Positions 28,839-38,227 of a stretch of 64,000 nt of DNA are shown here, piece by piece (positions within the stretch are counted from its first letter, which is position 1; each line of letters starts with the position of its first letter). Origin of the DNA: a virus (lineage: Duplodnaviria; Caudoviricetes); the IMG/VR virus record IMGVR_UViG_3300042870_001240; one strand, written 5' to 3'. The notes under the pieces are model-generated. The model searched no databases and was not told the DNA's origin. It worked only from the letters and a program-made list of their open reading frames with translations. Position numbers and translations under genes: made by a program.

Positions 28839-30014
28839 TTACTTAACCAATTTTTCTCCACAAGCATTAAAGGTGACTAATGTTTTAATTTCGTTTTTAG
28901 CATTAGGGGTTGATGAATCATACCTAAATGTTTGTTTTTGTCCGTTGGTTACCACAATATTACCAACTCCTTCGTGGCACCCACCTTTCCAATCTCTATT
29001 ATTGAATGGGTTAAGACATTTTGCCTTTAAAGTAAATGAAGGTTTTTGTAAACCATTTAATTTACCAATACTTTGTGTTAATATCTGAGAAGCTATTTCA
29101 GGAGTAATAACAAACGTGTTAAATCTTTTTCCACTAACTGATTTAGGTTCATTATCATAAGCCGCAATACCTGGATTGCTACCCGATTTAGGATAGTCAT
29201 TATTTAAACTTGCATATTCTTTACCATCATTTCTCATTAATTTGATGTCATTTAGATATATTTCGTAAATCGCACTATTACAATTATGACTTTTACTTAA
29301 ATCAGTATAGTTCACTTGAATAACCATATTATCTAAACATTTTTTCATTTCTGTTAACTCTTTCAACACTATTTTAACATTAACAAATTGTTCTTTATTA
29401 TATGAATCAAGTATTGTTTTATATACAGTATTTTTCCCATTCACCCAATTAAAAATTGGTTTACCATCAGTACCATTACCAGGTTTAAATGATGAGCCAG
29501 CACAAATATAACCTTGTTTATCGTCTGAAGGTATTAATGATTTAGGACAGAATGGTTGACCAATCCAAGCGGTTTTTCCAACCACAGGGTCCTCAACTTT
29601 AAATGTTGGAATTTCCACTAATAATTTACTATTAACAAACGGTTGTAATTGGTTTTTAATATATATTTGAATTACATTATTTCTATTTGTTGCCAAGAAT
29701 AAAGGTTCAACACGTACGGAAGGTTTTTTTTCATTATCTGTATTAGGTATTTGTGATTCTCCCGAAGATATTTGAACGCTTACTATAAACGATTTCCCTG
29801 ACGATGAAGTTAAATAATCTTTTATTCTTTGTATTTCAGGTGCCAAATCTTTTAAAAGATATGGTTCACTATAAGTCCCTCCCGCAAAATTAACATTTTT
29901 GTCTATGTTTAATGTTGAGACAGGCTCAGGATTTACGTCCTCAGTTAATAGATTATATTGTCTCAATATATCCCTTTTTTCAATTTCAGAAATTAATAAT
30001 CTTTTTATATTCAT
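28839..30014 (-). CDS. Hypothetical protein (~390 aa) with leader-like LLISE...LLTED N-terminus
   Basis: Likely ATG at 30014 behind TATTTAT. Confidence 0.7.
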   Translation of the reverse strand: MNIKRLLISEIEKRDILRQYNLLTEDVNPEPVSTLNIDKNVNFAGGTYSEPYLLKDLAPEIQRIKDYLTSSSGKSFIVSVQISSGESQIPNTDNEKKPSVRVEPLFLATNRNNVIQIYIKNQLQPFVNSKLLVEIPTFKVEDPVVGKTAWIGQPFCPKSLIPSDDKQGYICAGSSFKPGNGTDGKPIFNWVNGKNTVYKTILDSYNKEQFVNVKIVLKELTEMKKCLDNMVIQVNYTDLSKSHNCNSAIYEIYLNDIKLMRNDGKEYASLNNDYPKSGSNPGIAAYDNEPKSVSGKRFNTFVITPEIASQILTQSIGKLNGLQKPSFTLKAKCLNPFNNRDWKGGCHEGVGNIVVTNGQKQTFRYDSSTPNAKNEIKTLVTFNACGEKLVK

Positions 30015-30078
30015 CACCCAATAAATACTTGGCCAATCCAAAATAATGATGTATATTTGTGTAAAGAATTAAAAAACT

Positions 30079-30408
30079 ATGAAAAAATCAACATTATTAT
30101 TATTAGGAGTTATTTCAATTTTAACCTCATGTTCAGTAACTAAAAAAATTAAAACAGAACCTGTAATGTTAAATCAAGAAAAGGTTCAAGTTAACATAAC
30201 TGTTATTTTACCTGGTCAAGTGGACACTACCCCAATTAACGTTGGTGACACTAACTTGTATAACACATACTTTTTGACTTACAAGAATGGTCAAACTCAA
30301 ACATTACAGTATGGGTATCGATACAATTTTTACGGAGTAATCAAGTCAAGTAAAGTATCTACTGTTGATACATTACAATATAAAGTTCTTTGGAAAGACT
30401 TAAATTAA
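30079..30408 (+). CDS. Putative lipoprotein
   Basis: MKK + hydrophobic stretch + LTSC lipobox; TATATTTG upstream. Confidence 0.7.
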   Translation: MKKSTLLLLGVISILTSCSVTKKIKTEPVMLNQEKVQVNITVILPGQVDTTPINVGDTNLYNTYFLTYKNGQTQTLQYGYRYNFYGVIKSSKVSTVDTLQYKVLWKDLN

Positions 30409-30432
30409 AAAGGAGGTTTAACCTCCTTTTTT
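30407..30432. terminator. Bidirectional intrinsic terminator
   Basis: AAAAGGAGG-TTTA-ACCTCCTTTTTT between convergent genes. Confidence 0.8.
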
Positions 30433-30650
30433 TATTTCTCGTCATCATCTTCTTCCACCTCTTCTTGGCACTTTTCGTTAACATAATTTCGTATTTCTTT
30501 CAAATATTTTAAATATTGTAATCTAAGTTCGTGGAACTTCTCGTCTTTAATTTCATAGAAACTACTATAGTGTTCAAAACAATAGTCAATACCTTCGTTG
30601 TTCATTCTATATCGAACTGCGTTCCATTCATCTTGTTCTTCGTATGTCAT
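30432..30650 (-). CDS. Hypothetical protein (72 aa)
   Basis: ORF ending at the bidirectional terminator 30407-30432. Confidence 0.65.
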   Translation of the reverse strand: MTYEEQDEWNAVRYRMNNEGIDYCFEHYSSFYEIKDEKFHELRLQYLKYLKEIRNYVNEKCQEEVEEDDDEK

Positions 30651-30825
30651 CTTCTTTAGTTTTTAATTCGTTAATCTCTGTTTCTACTCGTTTAATTTCG
30701 TCTGTTAAATCTACTCTGTAATCAAGTGATTCATTATATTTTTTAATAAAAGTTAAGTGTCGGTTTAATCCTTCAAGTTTACCTGAAATACGGATTAATT
30801 CACAGTCTTCGTTAGTATATCTCAT
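30628..30825 (-). CDS. Hypothetical protein (65 aa)
   Basis: Coupled ORF. Confidence 0.55.
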   Translation of the reverse strand: MRYTNEDCELIRISGKLEGLNRHLTFIKKYNESLDYRVDLTDEIKRVETEINELKTKEDDIRRTR

Positions 30826-31364
30826 CTTATTCTAAATTGTATGGTTATTCTATAGTAACCACCCCAATGATTTTCAACCAATACTGTTCTAAACTCCAAT
30901 TCAGTATCTTGAATGAATCCGTCCTCAACCATAACTCCTTCACTACATGATGTTATATTCTCAATGACTCTGTCAAATAGACCTGTCTCTAAATAATATT
31001 CGTAAAACTCGGTAGCAAATTTATTATAAACTCTAACATCTATTTGTTTTTGTTGTGTTCTTGTCGCAACTTTGAAAAATGGTTCAGAATAAAGTGTCCA
31101 TTTAGTTAAGTCTTTTTTCTTGTATTTTTTTGCTTCTCTCACTCTACCTGTTTCAGGGTGAACAATGTCATACTTACACATACTAGAAGATTCGTCCAAT
31201 ATGAACAATTCAGGAAGAAACCTACAGTCTCTCATTTTTTGAATAAAACTTCTACCTTTACCACTCCATTTGAATTTGGGTGATTTGGGTTTAACTATCC
31301 AACCATCTTTGATTAATGATTGTTCAAACAATCTTCCACTTTGAACTCTGTTCTGTATACTCAT
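30822..31364 (-). CDS. Possible PD-(D/E)xK nuclease-like protein
   Basis: GRLFE...KYDIV-x6-REAKKY pattern. Confidence 0.4.
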   Translation of the reverse strand: MSIQNRVQSGRLFEQSLIKDGWIVKPKSPKFKWSGKGRSFIQKMRDCRFLPELFILDESSSMCKYDIVHPETGRVREAKKYKKKDLTKWTLYSEPFFKVATRTQQKQIDVRVYNKFATEFYEYYLETGLFDRVIENITSCSEGVMVEDGFIQDTELEFRTVLVENHWGGYYRITIQFRIR

Positions 31365-31365
31365 C

Positions 31366-31533
31366 TTAACACCATCTTATTATTCCGTAAGCGATAAATA
31401 GACCTAATGATATACCATTCAAGGTCATTAATATTACTTTTTGTTTAATATCATCTTTAGTTAAATAAGGTATTGTCCATGTAAGTAGAAGAAAAATCCA
31501 CCCGAGTAAAAAGATAACTTGTAATTTGTCCAT
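31366..31533 (-). CDS. Small two-helix membrane protein (55 aa, not in the ORF track)
   Basis: Manual translation MDKLQVIFLLGWIFLLLTWT...GISLGLFIAYGIIRWC; abuts the 30822 gene. Confidence 0.55.
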   Translation of the reverse strand: MDKLQVIFLLGWIFLLLTWTIPYLTKDDIKQKVILMTLNGISLGLFIAYGIIRWC

Positions 31534-31605
31534 AATAATTAATTTAAAAGAAAGATAGGAAAAAAACGTTTAATAACAAACTAATCTTTCAATATATTTA
31601 TAGTT

Positions 31606-32151
31606 ATGTCAGGAAAGAAATCCATAGAAGATATTATAAAATCGTTAACCAAATTACTTGATTCAATGGTTATTAAAGGTCGAGTTAAGTTTAGAGTTGA
31701 CATTGACCCTTACACAAGTGAGTATTATAATAGACAGGATGAAGAATATACTATCCATTACCCTATCACTTATACATTTACTAATGACCATGCAAAGTAC
31801 TGGGAGGATTCTCCACAGTTTTCTCAAGAATATAATGACCTAATTAATTCAATTGATTTTGATAACCTTTCCGATAAATTGGAAGAGATTCCTAAGTATT
31901 TTTTATTCGGTGAGTCTAGTGAGATAACAATTAGATGGGAACATTATAATACAGACACATATAAACCGTTGTTGGATGCTTTAGGTCTTGAACAAATCCC
32001 TTATGTAACTAAATTTACAATATACCAACCAAACATAAACATAATATTATCTAATGACTACATCGTTGAAAAGGGAGACTTACAAGTAGATTTAGGTTTT
32101 GCTTTTGATAACATAGTAATGTATTCAGACGATATCTCAGGAGACAAATGA
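31606..32151 (+). CDS. Hypothetical protein (181 aa)
   Basis: ATATTTAT at 31594-31601. Confidence 0.7.
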   Translation: MSGKKSIEDIIKSLTKLLDSMVIKGRVKFRVDIDPYTSEYYNRQDEEYTIHYPITYTFTNDHAKYWEDSPQFSQEYNDLINSIDFDNLSDKLEEIPKYFLFGESSEITIRWEHYNTDTYKPLLDALGLEQIPYVTKFTIYQPNINIILSNDYIVEKGDLQVDLGFAFDNIVMYSDDISGDK

Positions 32152-32474
32152 AATATATAATAACAGAAAATAAGTTAAACAATGTCGCGTTAAGTTGGAT
32201 GAATCAAAACTTCAGTCCATACCAGTTAGAAATTTTTGAATCTGAAAAATATCCAAATTCTGTTTTTTTTAGAAAAAATGGAAAAGTTGTGATGCAACAA
32301 GATAAAAAATCTAAGTTTTTTTGGTTTGATTATGATAAAATTTGGTCATTTTTTAAATTGTTTTTTGGTATGCAATACCCACAAATACAAGACGTTCTGA
32401 ACTACTGGTTGGAGGATACTTTCAAATTAGAGGGTTATACACCTAATCCCTACGAATTAACATATACACTTTAG
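32148..32474 (+). CDS. Array-bearing small-protein family member (MKYIITE...YWLEDTFKLEGYTP)
   Basis: Close paralog of the 50295 and 48889 genes; ends inside mini-array A5. Confidence 0.85.
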   Translation: MKYIITENKLNNVALSWMNQNFSPYQLEIFESEKYPNSVFFRKNGKVVMQQDKKSKFFWFDYDKIWSFFKLFFGMQYPQIQDVLNYWLEDTFKLEGYTPNPYELTYTL

Positions 32475-32495
32475 TTGGAGAATACCCTCAAATTA
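32408..32495 (+). CRISPR. Mini-array A5: repeat - 30-bp spacer - truncated repeat
   Basis: GTTGGAGGATACTTTCAAATTAGAGGGTTATACACC (32408-32443), spacer 32444-32473, GTTGGAGAATACCCTCAAATTA. Confidence 0.65.
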
Positions 32496-32507
32496 AAATA
32501 AAAAGAA

Positions 32508-32891
32508 ATGAAATATATAATAACAGAAAATAAAATGTATAACACGTTTTCATCTTTCCTAACTTCATTAGGGTTAAAGGACGTTATGTCACATGGTAAT
32601 GGTTTAGATAGTTGTTATTATCCTGTTGAGTGGTTTGAATACGACTATGATGAGGATGGGTATGAACCAGCACCTTGTTTATTCAGATACTTTAATAATG
32701 GAAAAGATTACAGTGAATGGCATGGAGTAAGTGATACTTATTCAAATCAAGATTACCCGATAATTGAGTTGGATTGGGAAATGTATAAACAAATTGAGGA
32801 TTTATTTGGTGAAAAAACGATTACTGAGTTTGGTCCTAAATTTTTTCAAAATGTTGTAAATCAAGAAGTTAAAACTATAGTATCAGAGTAA
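32508..32891 (+). CDS. Small-protein family member, MKYIITE leader
   Basis: Leader; starts just after the truncated repeat. Confidence 0.75.
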   Translation: MKYIITENKMYNTFSSFLTSLGLKDVMSHGNGLDSCYYPVEWFEYDYDEDGYEPAPCLFRYFNNGKDYSEWHGVSDTYSNQDYPIIELDWEMYKQIEDLFGEKTITEFGPKFFQNVVNQEVKTIVSE

Positions 32892-34538
32892 TCACTTACT
32901 TATTTCGTAATCAACTTCTCCCAATCTATCTGAAAGAATTTCATTATAACTTGATTTATCAATATCTGGATACCACCTATCGTCAATACTAAATTCAGGT
33001 TTGTCAATTACTTCACCAATCATTTCACTAAACACACATCCTAAATCATCGTCACATCTTTCCATATAATCATCATACCATACGTCATCTATATCGTTTA
33101 AATACTTTTCCATATTAACAATTATAACAATCCCTTCATCGTCAAATTTAATTACCTCACCCAATTCCTCTACAGCTTCTTTTAATGTATCATATAACAT
33201 ATTAGAATAACTGTCTTGTTCGGCATTATTAATTGCTCCTGATATTGCACTTGTAAGGTCATGATTATCGTCATATTCCTTAATCTTATCCTCCAAATTC
33301 ATGGCATTAAATTCTTCCTCATCAAAATCAGGATTGTCTTTGGTTGCAAGTTTTTTAATTAACTCATTAATCTTTTCTTCATTTTTTTTATCACAGTAAT
33401 AATCAATTCCACTCCTCCAATCAGCATTATAATTATCCCACAAATCCGAAGTTTCACCTGCCAAGATAGTTTCAAACATTGTCACCTTTCTACTATGACC
33501 TTCCTTAGTTTTCCATTGTCTAATAACCCAATCACCTGAGACATATCTATCCAAATCATCAGGATTAATCTCCACCCTAACTTTATAATTAATTTCAGGT
33601 TTATCGATAATCCCCATATCCATTAATTTCCTTTGTAATCTTCTTGAGGAGAATAAGTCAGGTCTACTACGATATAAATCAATTATAACATCATTAGGTA
33701 AATCCGTTATCTTGAAATCTTGTTGAGATGCGTATTCAGACCCAAACTCTTGGATTAGGTAATTATTATTTTCGTCCTTAATATAGAATAATGGTAAAAT
33801 ATAATCGTGGTATTCCTCTTTTGGTTTTGAGTTCTTAGGACCTTTTAGTTGATATAGCACATTATCATTCCCAATAGCCGCGGTTAAATGACTCTTATTT
33901 AACGTATACTTCTCTCCTGGCAGTCTTTTAACCTCTCTTAAGGAAACTATAGTATTTCTATTTCCTGTTCTACCACAGTGTCCCATTCTATTACATTCTT
34001 CACTAGAGTTGTTTGTGTTTAAGTCAACCCAATAAAACCCTTCACCATTTTTATTTCTGAAATCTAAAATAATATCATGAGTGTGTGGCTCAACGTAATT
34101 AATCTTACCTTGACCAATCTGTAATGAGTCGTGCCATTCTTTGGATTTTTGAAAAAGTTCTTTCCATGTTAAATCTTTGTACTGATTCATATTACCGTTA
34201 AGCCCGACTCTAATCCAATCCATGATAGATTGTATATCATATGAGGAACTAATAATTAAATTTCTACTATTAATTTTGTTAATTAACTCATCACCTTGAT
34301 ATGGTTTGGTATACAAACTAAGATGATTCTTATTTGACACGTCTTTAAACTTATTAAACATCCACACGGCAAGAGGACCACATTTTTCATCTAAAAAAGT
34401 GGCTTGTTCGACAGATAAACCTTCTTTGTCTGTAAGAATTTTTATTTTAGACGCCTCAGAAATAAGTTCATTATCGTATATTGAATTATAATTACGAAGT
34501 GTTTTAAGAATCTCCTCGTTTAAACTTTTTAAATCCAT
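32892..34538 (-). CDS. Large protein with a PcfJ-like domain
   Basis: SKEWH...EECNRMGHCG...IVSLRE...TAAI...QLKGPKN pattern. Confidence 0.55.
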   Translation of the reverse strand: MDLKSLNEEILKTLRNYNSIYDNELISEASKIKILTDKEGLSVEQATFLDEKCGPLAVWMFNKFKDVSNKNHLSLYTKPYQGDELINKINSRNLIISSSYDIQSIMDWIRVGLNGNMNQYKDLTWKELFQKSKEWHDSLQIGQGKINYVEPHTHDIILDFRNKNGEGFYWVDLNTNNSSEECNRMGHCGRTGNRNTIVSLREVKRLPGEKYTLNKSHLTAAIGNDNVLYQLKGPKNSKPKEEYHDYILPLFYIKDENNNYLIQEFGSEYASQQDFKITDLPNDVIIDLYRSRPDLFSSRRLQRKLMDMGIIDKPEINYKVRVEINPDDLDRYVSGDWVIRQWKTKEGHSRKVTMFETILAGETSDLWDNYNADWRSGIDYYCDKKNEEKINELIKKLATKDNPDFDEEEFNAMNLEDKIKEYDDNHDLTSAISGAINNAEQDSYSNMLYDTLKEAVEELGEVIKFDDEGIVIIVNMEKYLNDIDDVWYDDYMERCDDDLGCVFSEMIGEVIDKPEFSIDDRWYPDIDKSSYNEILSDRLGEVDYEISK

Positions 34539-34623
34539 ACCAATAAATACCAAGTAATAAAATTAAATAACAGATTATTTTTTAAACAACATTATTCGTA
34601 ACTTAAGGATAATTGTTAATAAC

Positions 34624-35031
34624 CTATAAGTAGGTAGTCACGGTGTACCATCTGCGCATATTTGATAAATAATCAATCTTTATTTTGAATTGGTCATTTC
34701 TATAATAACCATCATCATACCTTGCATATCCTTTATTCAATAATACTTCCATCAATTCACTGAGGATTACTTCTTTAAAGACTACTATATACTGAAAGCA
34801 CATATTATCTGAATTTAAGTAGTATGTCTGATAATTGTTAGACTCACTAAAAAACCACATATAGTAAGTGCCATCATTATCTACAGTTGTAGTTATTTCA
34901 ATTCCCTTGTCTTTAAATCGATTCTGAATCTCAGTCTTAGATAACCCAACGTAATTTTGGCTTTTTGCTGTAAAATTTATACCAAGTAGTATAATACTAC
35001 TTAGTATAATATTTAATAATTGTTTTTTCAT
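34624..35031 (-). CDS. Putative secreted protein
   Basis: N-terminal signal peptide ending AKSQ. Confidence 0.65.
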   Translation of the reverse strand: MKKQLLNIILSSIILLGINFTAKSQNYVGLSKTEIQNRFKDKGIEITTTVDNDGTYYMWFFSESNNYQTYYLNSDNMCFQYIVVFKEVILSELMEVLLNKGYARYDDGYYRNDQFKIKIDYLSNMRRWYTVTTYL

Positions 35032-35061
35032 AATTTTATTTTTTTTTATAAATATACTAAT

Positions 35062-35520
35062 TTATTTTGACCTGTCAATTATAACATAAATAGTATCAAT
35101 TATTTTACCAGTAACTTGTGGCGTGTTTTGATTTTTACCATTAAAAACATTACCGAAATTCTTTTCTAAAACTTCGCACTTTTCTATAAAATGAGATGTT
35201 TCACCACGATTATTAAACCAATTTTTACCAAAAGTTTCGTGATAAACAAGTTTAACTTTCCATCCAAATTGAGCTGCACTATCAATTGTTTTAATCAATT
35301 CTTCTGGCTCATTGTCGTTATCTACTGAAAAATCAAATGGAACTGAACTATTCATACCTGTTTGTGTAACATTTAAATGCCCTTCGTGGCTTTTCCATAT
35401 TGCTCCACTTTTTGAGAATTGAGTTACCACCCCAATTCTTTCACCGTTTGCATAATTTTCGGAACAACTTTGTATCATCAATGTAGCCGATGCAATCGCT
35501 ATTAAAAATAATTTTTTCAT
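35062..35520 (-). CDS. Putative lipoprotein
   Basis: MKKLFLIAIASATLMIQSC lipobox; GERIG...FSKSG.IWKS.EG.L. Confidence 0.7.
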   Translation of the reverse strand: MKKLFLIAIASATLMIQSCSENYANGERIGVVTQFSKSGAIWKSHEGHLNVTQTGMNSSVPFDFSVDNDNEPEELIKTIDSAAQFGWKVKLVYHETFGKNWFNNRGETSHFIEKCEVLEKNFGNVFNGKNQNTPQVTGKIIDTIYVIIDRSK

Positions 35521-35609
35521 TTACTTAAATTTTGTTTTGCCTTCCGTTTAAAATGGGTGGAAATCTGAACCCTAAAAATGCACCGCATATAACAGGTATT
35601 AATTTTATT

Positions 35610-35927
35610 TTAATACCCTTCCCCTGTTTTGTTAATAAAATCAACTCCGTTTTCTTTTGCAAACTCAGATACCAGTTGTTCAACTAAATCTTTATCCATT
35701 TTTCCATAATCAACAGAATAACCATAAACTTCGATTCCAATATCTGACCAACAAACTCGTCCTCCACCACGAACTCTCCAATCCTTTAGTTCAGGTTCTT
35801 CTTTTCTAAAATTATTTGCAACCTCTTGATGAAACTCACCGTAACCTGAACGAAATACAAATTCACCCTCGTTTTCAAGGATAACACATTTATGAACCGA
35901 ATCTTTTTTAATTATAACTTTTTCCAT
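35610..35927 (-). CDS. Janus/Ocnus (PHPT1 phosphohistidine phosphatase)-like protein
   Basis: EFHQEV...GGGRV...IEVYGYSVDYG matches the recalled PHPT1 pattern EYHADI...GGGRI...IHVYGYSMAYG; TAAATTTG upstream. Confidence 0.6.
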   Translation of the reverse strand: MEKVIIKKDSVHKCVILENEGEFVFRSGYGEFHQEVANNFRKEEPELKDWRVRGGGRVCWSDIGIEVYGYSVDYGKMDKDLVEQLVSEFAKENGVDFINKTGEGY

Positions 35928-36057
35928 AAAACAAATTTACAAATTAATATTTATATTTCCAAATATAACCCATTAAATAATTTAAACCAAATCGAAATTA
36001 TTCTTCATAATACAAAGGTATGGATTATATTTTAATTTTACAAGGTATTTATATGTT

Positions 36058-36549
36058 ATGGGAAAATCTAAATTAGAAGCATTAAGTGATAGAATATTAT
36101 CTCAATTTTTTATCCAATTAAGAAAAATATATGACGAGGAGTTAAGAAATAGTCCTCATTACTCATTGGTTGAACAAGATAATTTTATTGATGCGTGTGA
36201 TACGGTATCAAGTATATTTGGGGTCGCTCCTTGTGATTATATCGACCTTGATTTTATTATCACCATGATTGATATGAATCCATCTATTAGTGAAGGCATT
36301 ATTAATAAAAGACCAACAATAGGTAACTATACTTATGAGATAGATGTTCACGAAAAGGTTTATGAAAGAGTGACTTATAAACATAAGAGTGAATCGTATA
36401 GTCCAAGTACATTAATACAAATAGCTAAAAAAATGGAGTATGAAGGTGATATAAGTGTTTGGGATGGTCAAGAAATCGATAGGGATAATTATGATTCAGA
36501 AACTATCAGTATTGACTACGATAAGAATTCAATTACTAAAATAGGTTAA
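36058..36549 (+). CDS. Hypothetical protein (163 aa)
   Basis: GTATTTAT upstream. Confidence 0.7.
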   Translation: MGKSKLEALSDRILSQFFIQLRKIYDEELRNSPHYSLVEQDNFIDACDTVSSIFGVAPCDYIDLDFIITMIDMNPSISEGIINKRPTIGNYTYEIDVHEKVYERVTYKHKSESYSPSTLIQIAKKMEYEGDISVWDGQEIDRDNYDSETISIDYDKNSITKIG

Positions 36550-36552
36550 TCT

Positions 36553-37086
36553 TTATTTTTTTCTTTCCGATAATTTTCTAACAATCGGTAACTGTTCTTC
36601 AACAATCACTTGATATACTTTTGGTAAATAGAAATGTTTATACCATATAAGCACATCTTCAACACCATCAAACACTTCTTTAGTCTTTAAACGGTTATAA
36701 ACATCACCATAATACCATAACTCAATTTTATCATCATCTGTTATCTCCTTATAATACTGAATTTCCACAGGTATTCCTGACTCTCCTTGCCAAAATGGTG
36801 TAGCATAAACAAAAACTTTTTCTTTTCTCTCATTGGATACAAGTATTCCGTCCCAACCAAAAGCTCCTGACATATTGTCAATAGAAATTCCGAATTCTTT
36901 ATATTGTTTAGGTAACTTTCCCTCTGACATTAATTCTATTAACACCGTATTGGCTAACCCAGTATCAATAGTTATTTCACTAATGTGAATTAACTCAACA
37001 GGATTTATACCTGCGATTTTCGAGGCATCATAAATTCCATGTGTCTCAATTAAATTTAATAACTGTTGTCGTCTTTTATCTGTCAT
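36553..37086 (-). CDS. Hypothetical protein (177 aa)
   Basis: TATTTAT upstream. Confidence 0.7.
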   Translation of the reverse strand: MTDKRRQQLLNLIETHGIYDASKIAGINPVELIHISEITIDTGLANTVLIELMSEGKLPKQYKEFGISIDNMSGAFGWDGILVSNERKEKVFVYATPFWQGESGIPVEIQYYKEITDDDKIELWYYGDVYNRLKTKEVFDGVEDVLIWYKHFYLPKVYQVIVEEQLPIVRKLSERKK

Positions 37087-37113
37087 TAATAATAAATATA
37101 AGTATTTATAGTT
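37087..37113. promoter_or_regulatory. Back-to-back RTATTTAT motifs serving a divergent gene pair
   Basis: ATAAATAT (37092-37099) and GTATTTAT (37102-37109) in a 27-bp gap. Confidence 0.65.
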
Positions 37114-37770
37114 ATGAATAGACTACTTTATATATATTTTCACAAATTTTTAAAACCTTCATATGATTTTCATGGGTTAACACTTAGACCTAATTTCTTA
37201 CCTAATGAAGGACTAATACGTTGGTCTGTCGAAAACCCTCAGGATAAATCATATTACATGGAGACATTGATTGCTTTTACAGAGGAACTTTTTATTACTT
37301 TTTGTCACCTTCTTGAGGGTGAAATCGGGTCAGGTTTTTATCGTAATAATCGTAGATATGCCTGTAGTTTTGAACAAACCAATAAGTATTATTACCTTAA
37401 TAAATCGGATGACCAAAAATTATTAAACAGTATTAAACAAATTACTAAAATTGATTACAAAAATATATTTTATAGTGATGTTGAATGTACCTATGTTAAT
37501 ATTTACCCAGCAGAAGATTTTACGATAACAATTGGAATGAAGCTTTTAAATCCTCATAATGAACAACATTCCAAATTGATTAACACTGAATTATCTGAAG
37601 CTATATTTGAATTGATTGAGGATGATTTTTTTTACAGTGACTATCTATTTGATTTATTTCACCCCGTAATAAATGTCATTACAAACCTACCCTTATTGTA
37701 CGACCATACCTGGATGTTTTTTACTACTAGTGTTGATTTCAGAGATAAAAACAATATAAAAATTAAATAA
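37114..37770 (+). CDS. Hypothetical protein (distant paralog of 38607)
   Basis: Y.F.GL.LRP N-terminal similarity. Confidence 0.7.
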   Translation: MNRLLYIYFHKFLKPSYDFHGLTLRPNFLPNEGLIRWSVENPQDKSYYMETLIAFTEELFITFCHLLEGEIGSGFYRNNRRYACSFEQTNKYYYLNKSDDQKLLNSIKQITKIDYKNIFYSDVECTYVNIYPAEDFTITIGMKLLNPHNEQHSKLINTELSEAIFELIEDDFFYSDYLFDLFHPVINVITNLPLLYDHTWMFFTTSVDFRDKNNIKIK

Positions 37771-37799
37771 TTTTAATCAATTCTTATTTCTTATAAAAC

Positions 37800-38186
37800 T
37801 TAAGAATTCAATATCGTAAAGTCAAAATCATAATCAATACAAACATGAGTTAATATTGATTCAACCTCTCTAACTAAATCTTCACCTAACTCATCCCATA
37901 TTCTTTCGTAAACATCGTCTTGTCTAAATCCATGTTCCCACATATCATCAACCCCTAAAGAAACTTTAATTGGTTGGATGTATATTGTTCCATCAAATAA
38001 ACACACAACAGGGTCATTATTTTTCCATAATGAAACTTTCTTAACCTTATATTCAATGTGAACATCAACTCGGTCATCATCACTACTTGAATAGGGCATC
38101 GAATACCAAGTGTCAAATTCATTTTTGTCCTTTAATAATTTATGAACCATTTCAATAGTTCGTTCAGTGTGTTTGTCCATTTCCAT
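37800..38186 (-). CDS. Hypothetical protein (128 aa)
   Basis: ORF behind TATTTAT. Confidence 0.7.
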   Translation of the reverse strand: MEMDKHTERTIEMVHKLLKDKNEFDTWYSMPYSSSDDDRVDVHIEYKVKKVSLWKNNDPVVCLFDGTIYIQPIKVSLGVDDMWEHGFRQDDVYERIWDELGEDLVREVESILTHVCIDYDFDFTILNS

Positions 38187-38227
38187 ATTATATAAGTATT
38201 TATAAGAAACAAAAAATTATTTAAATA

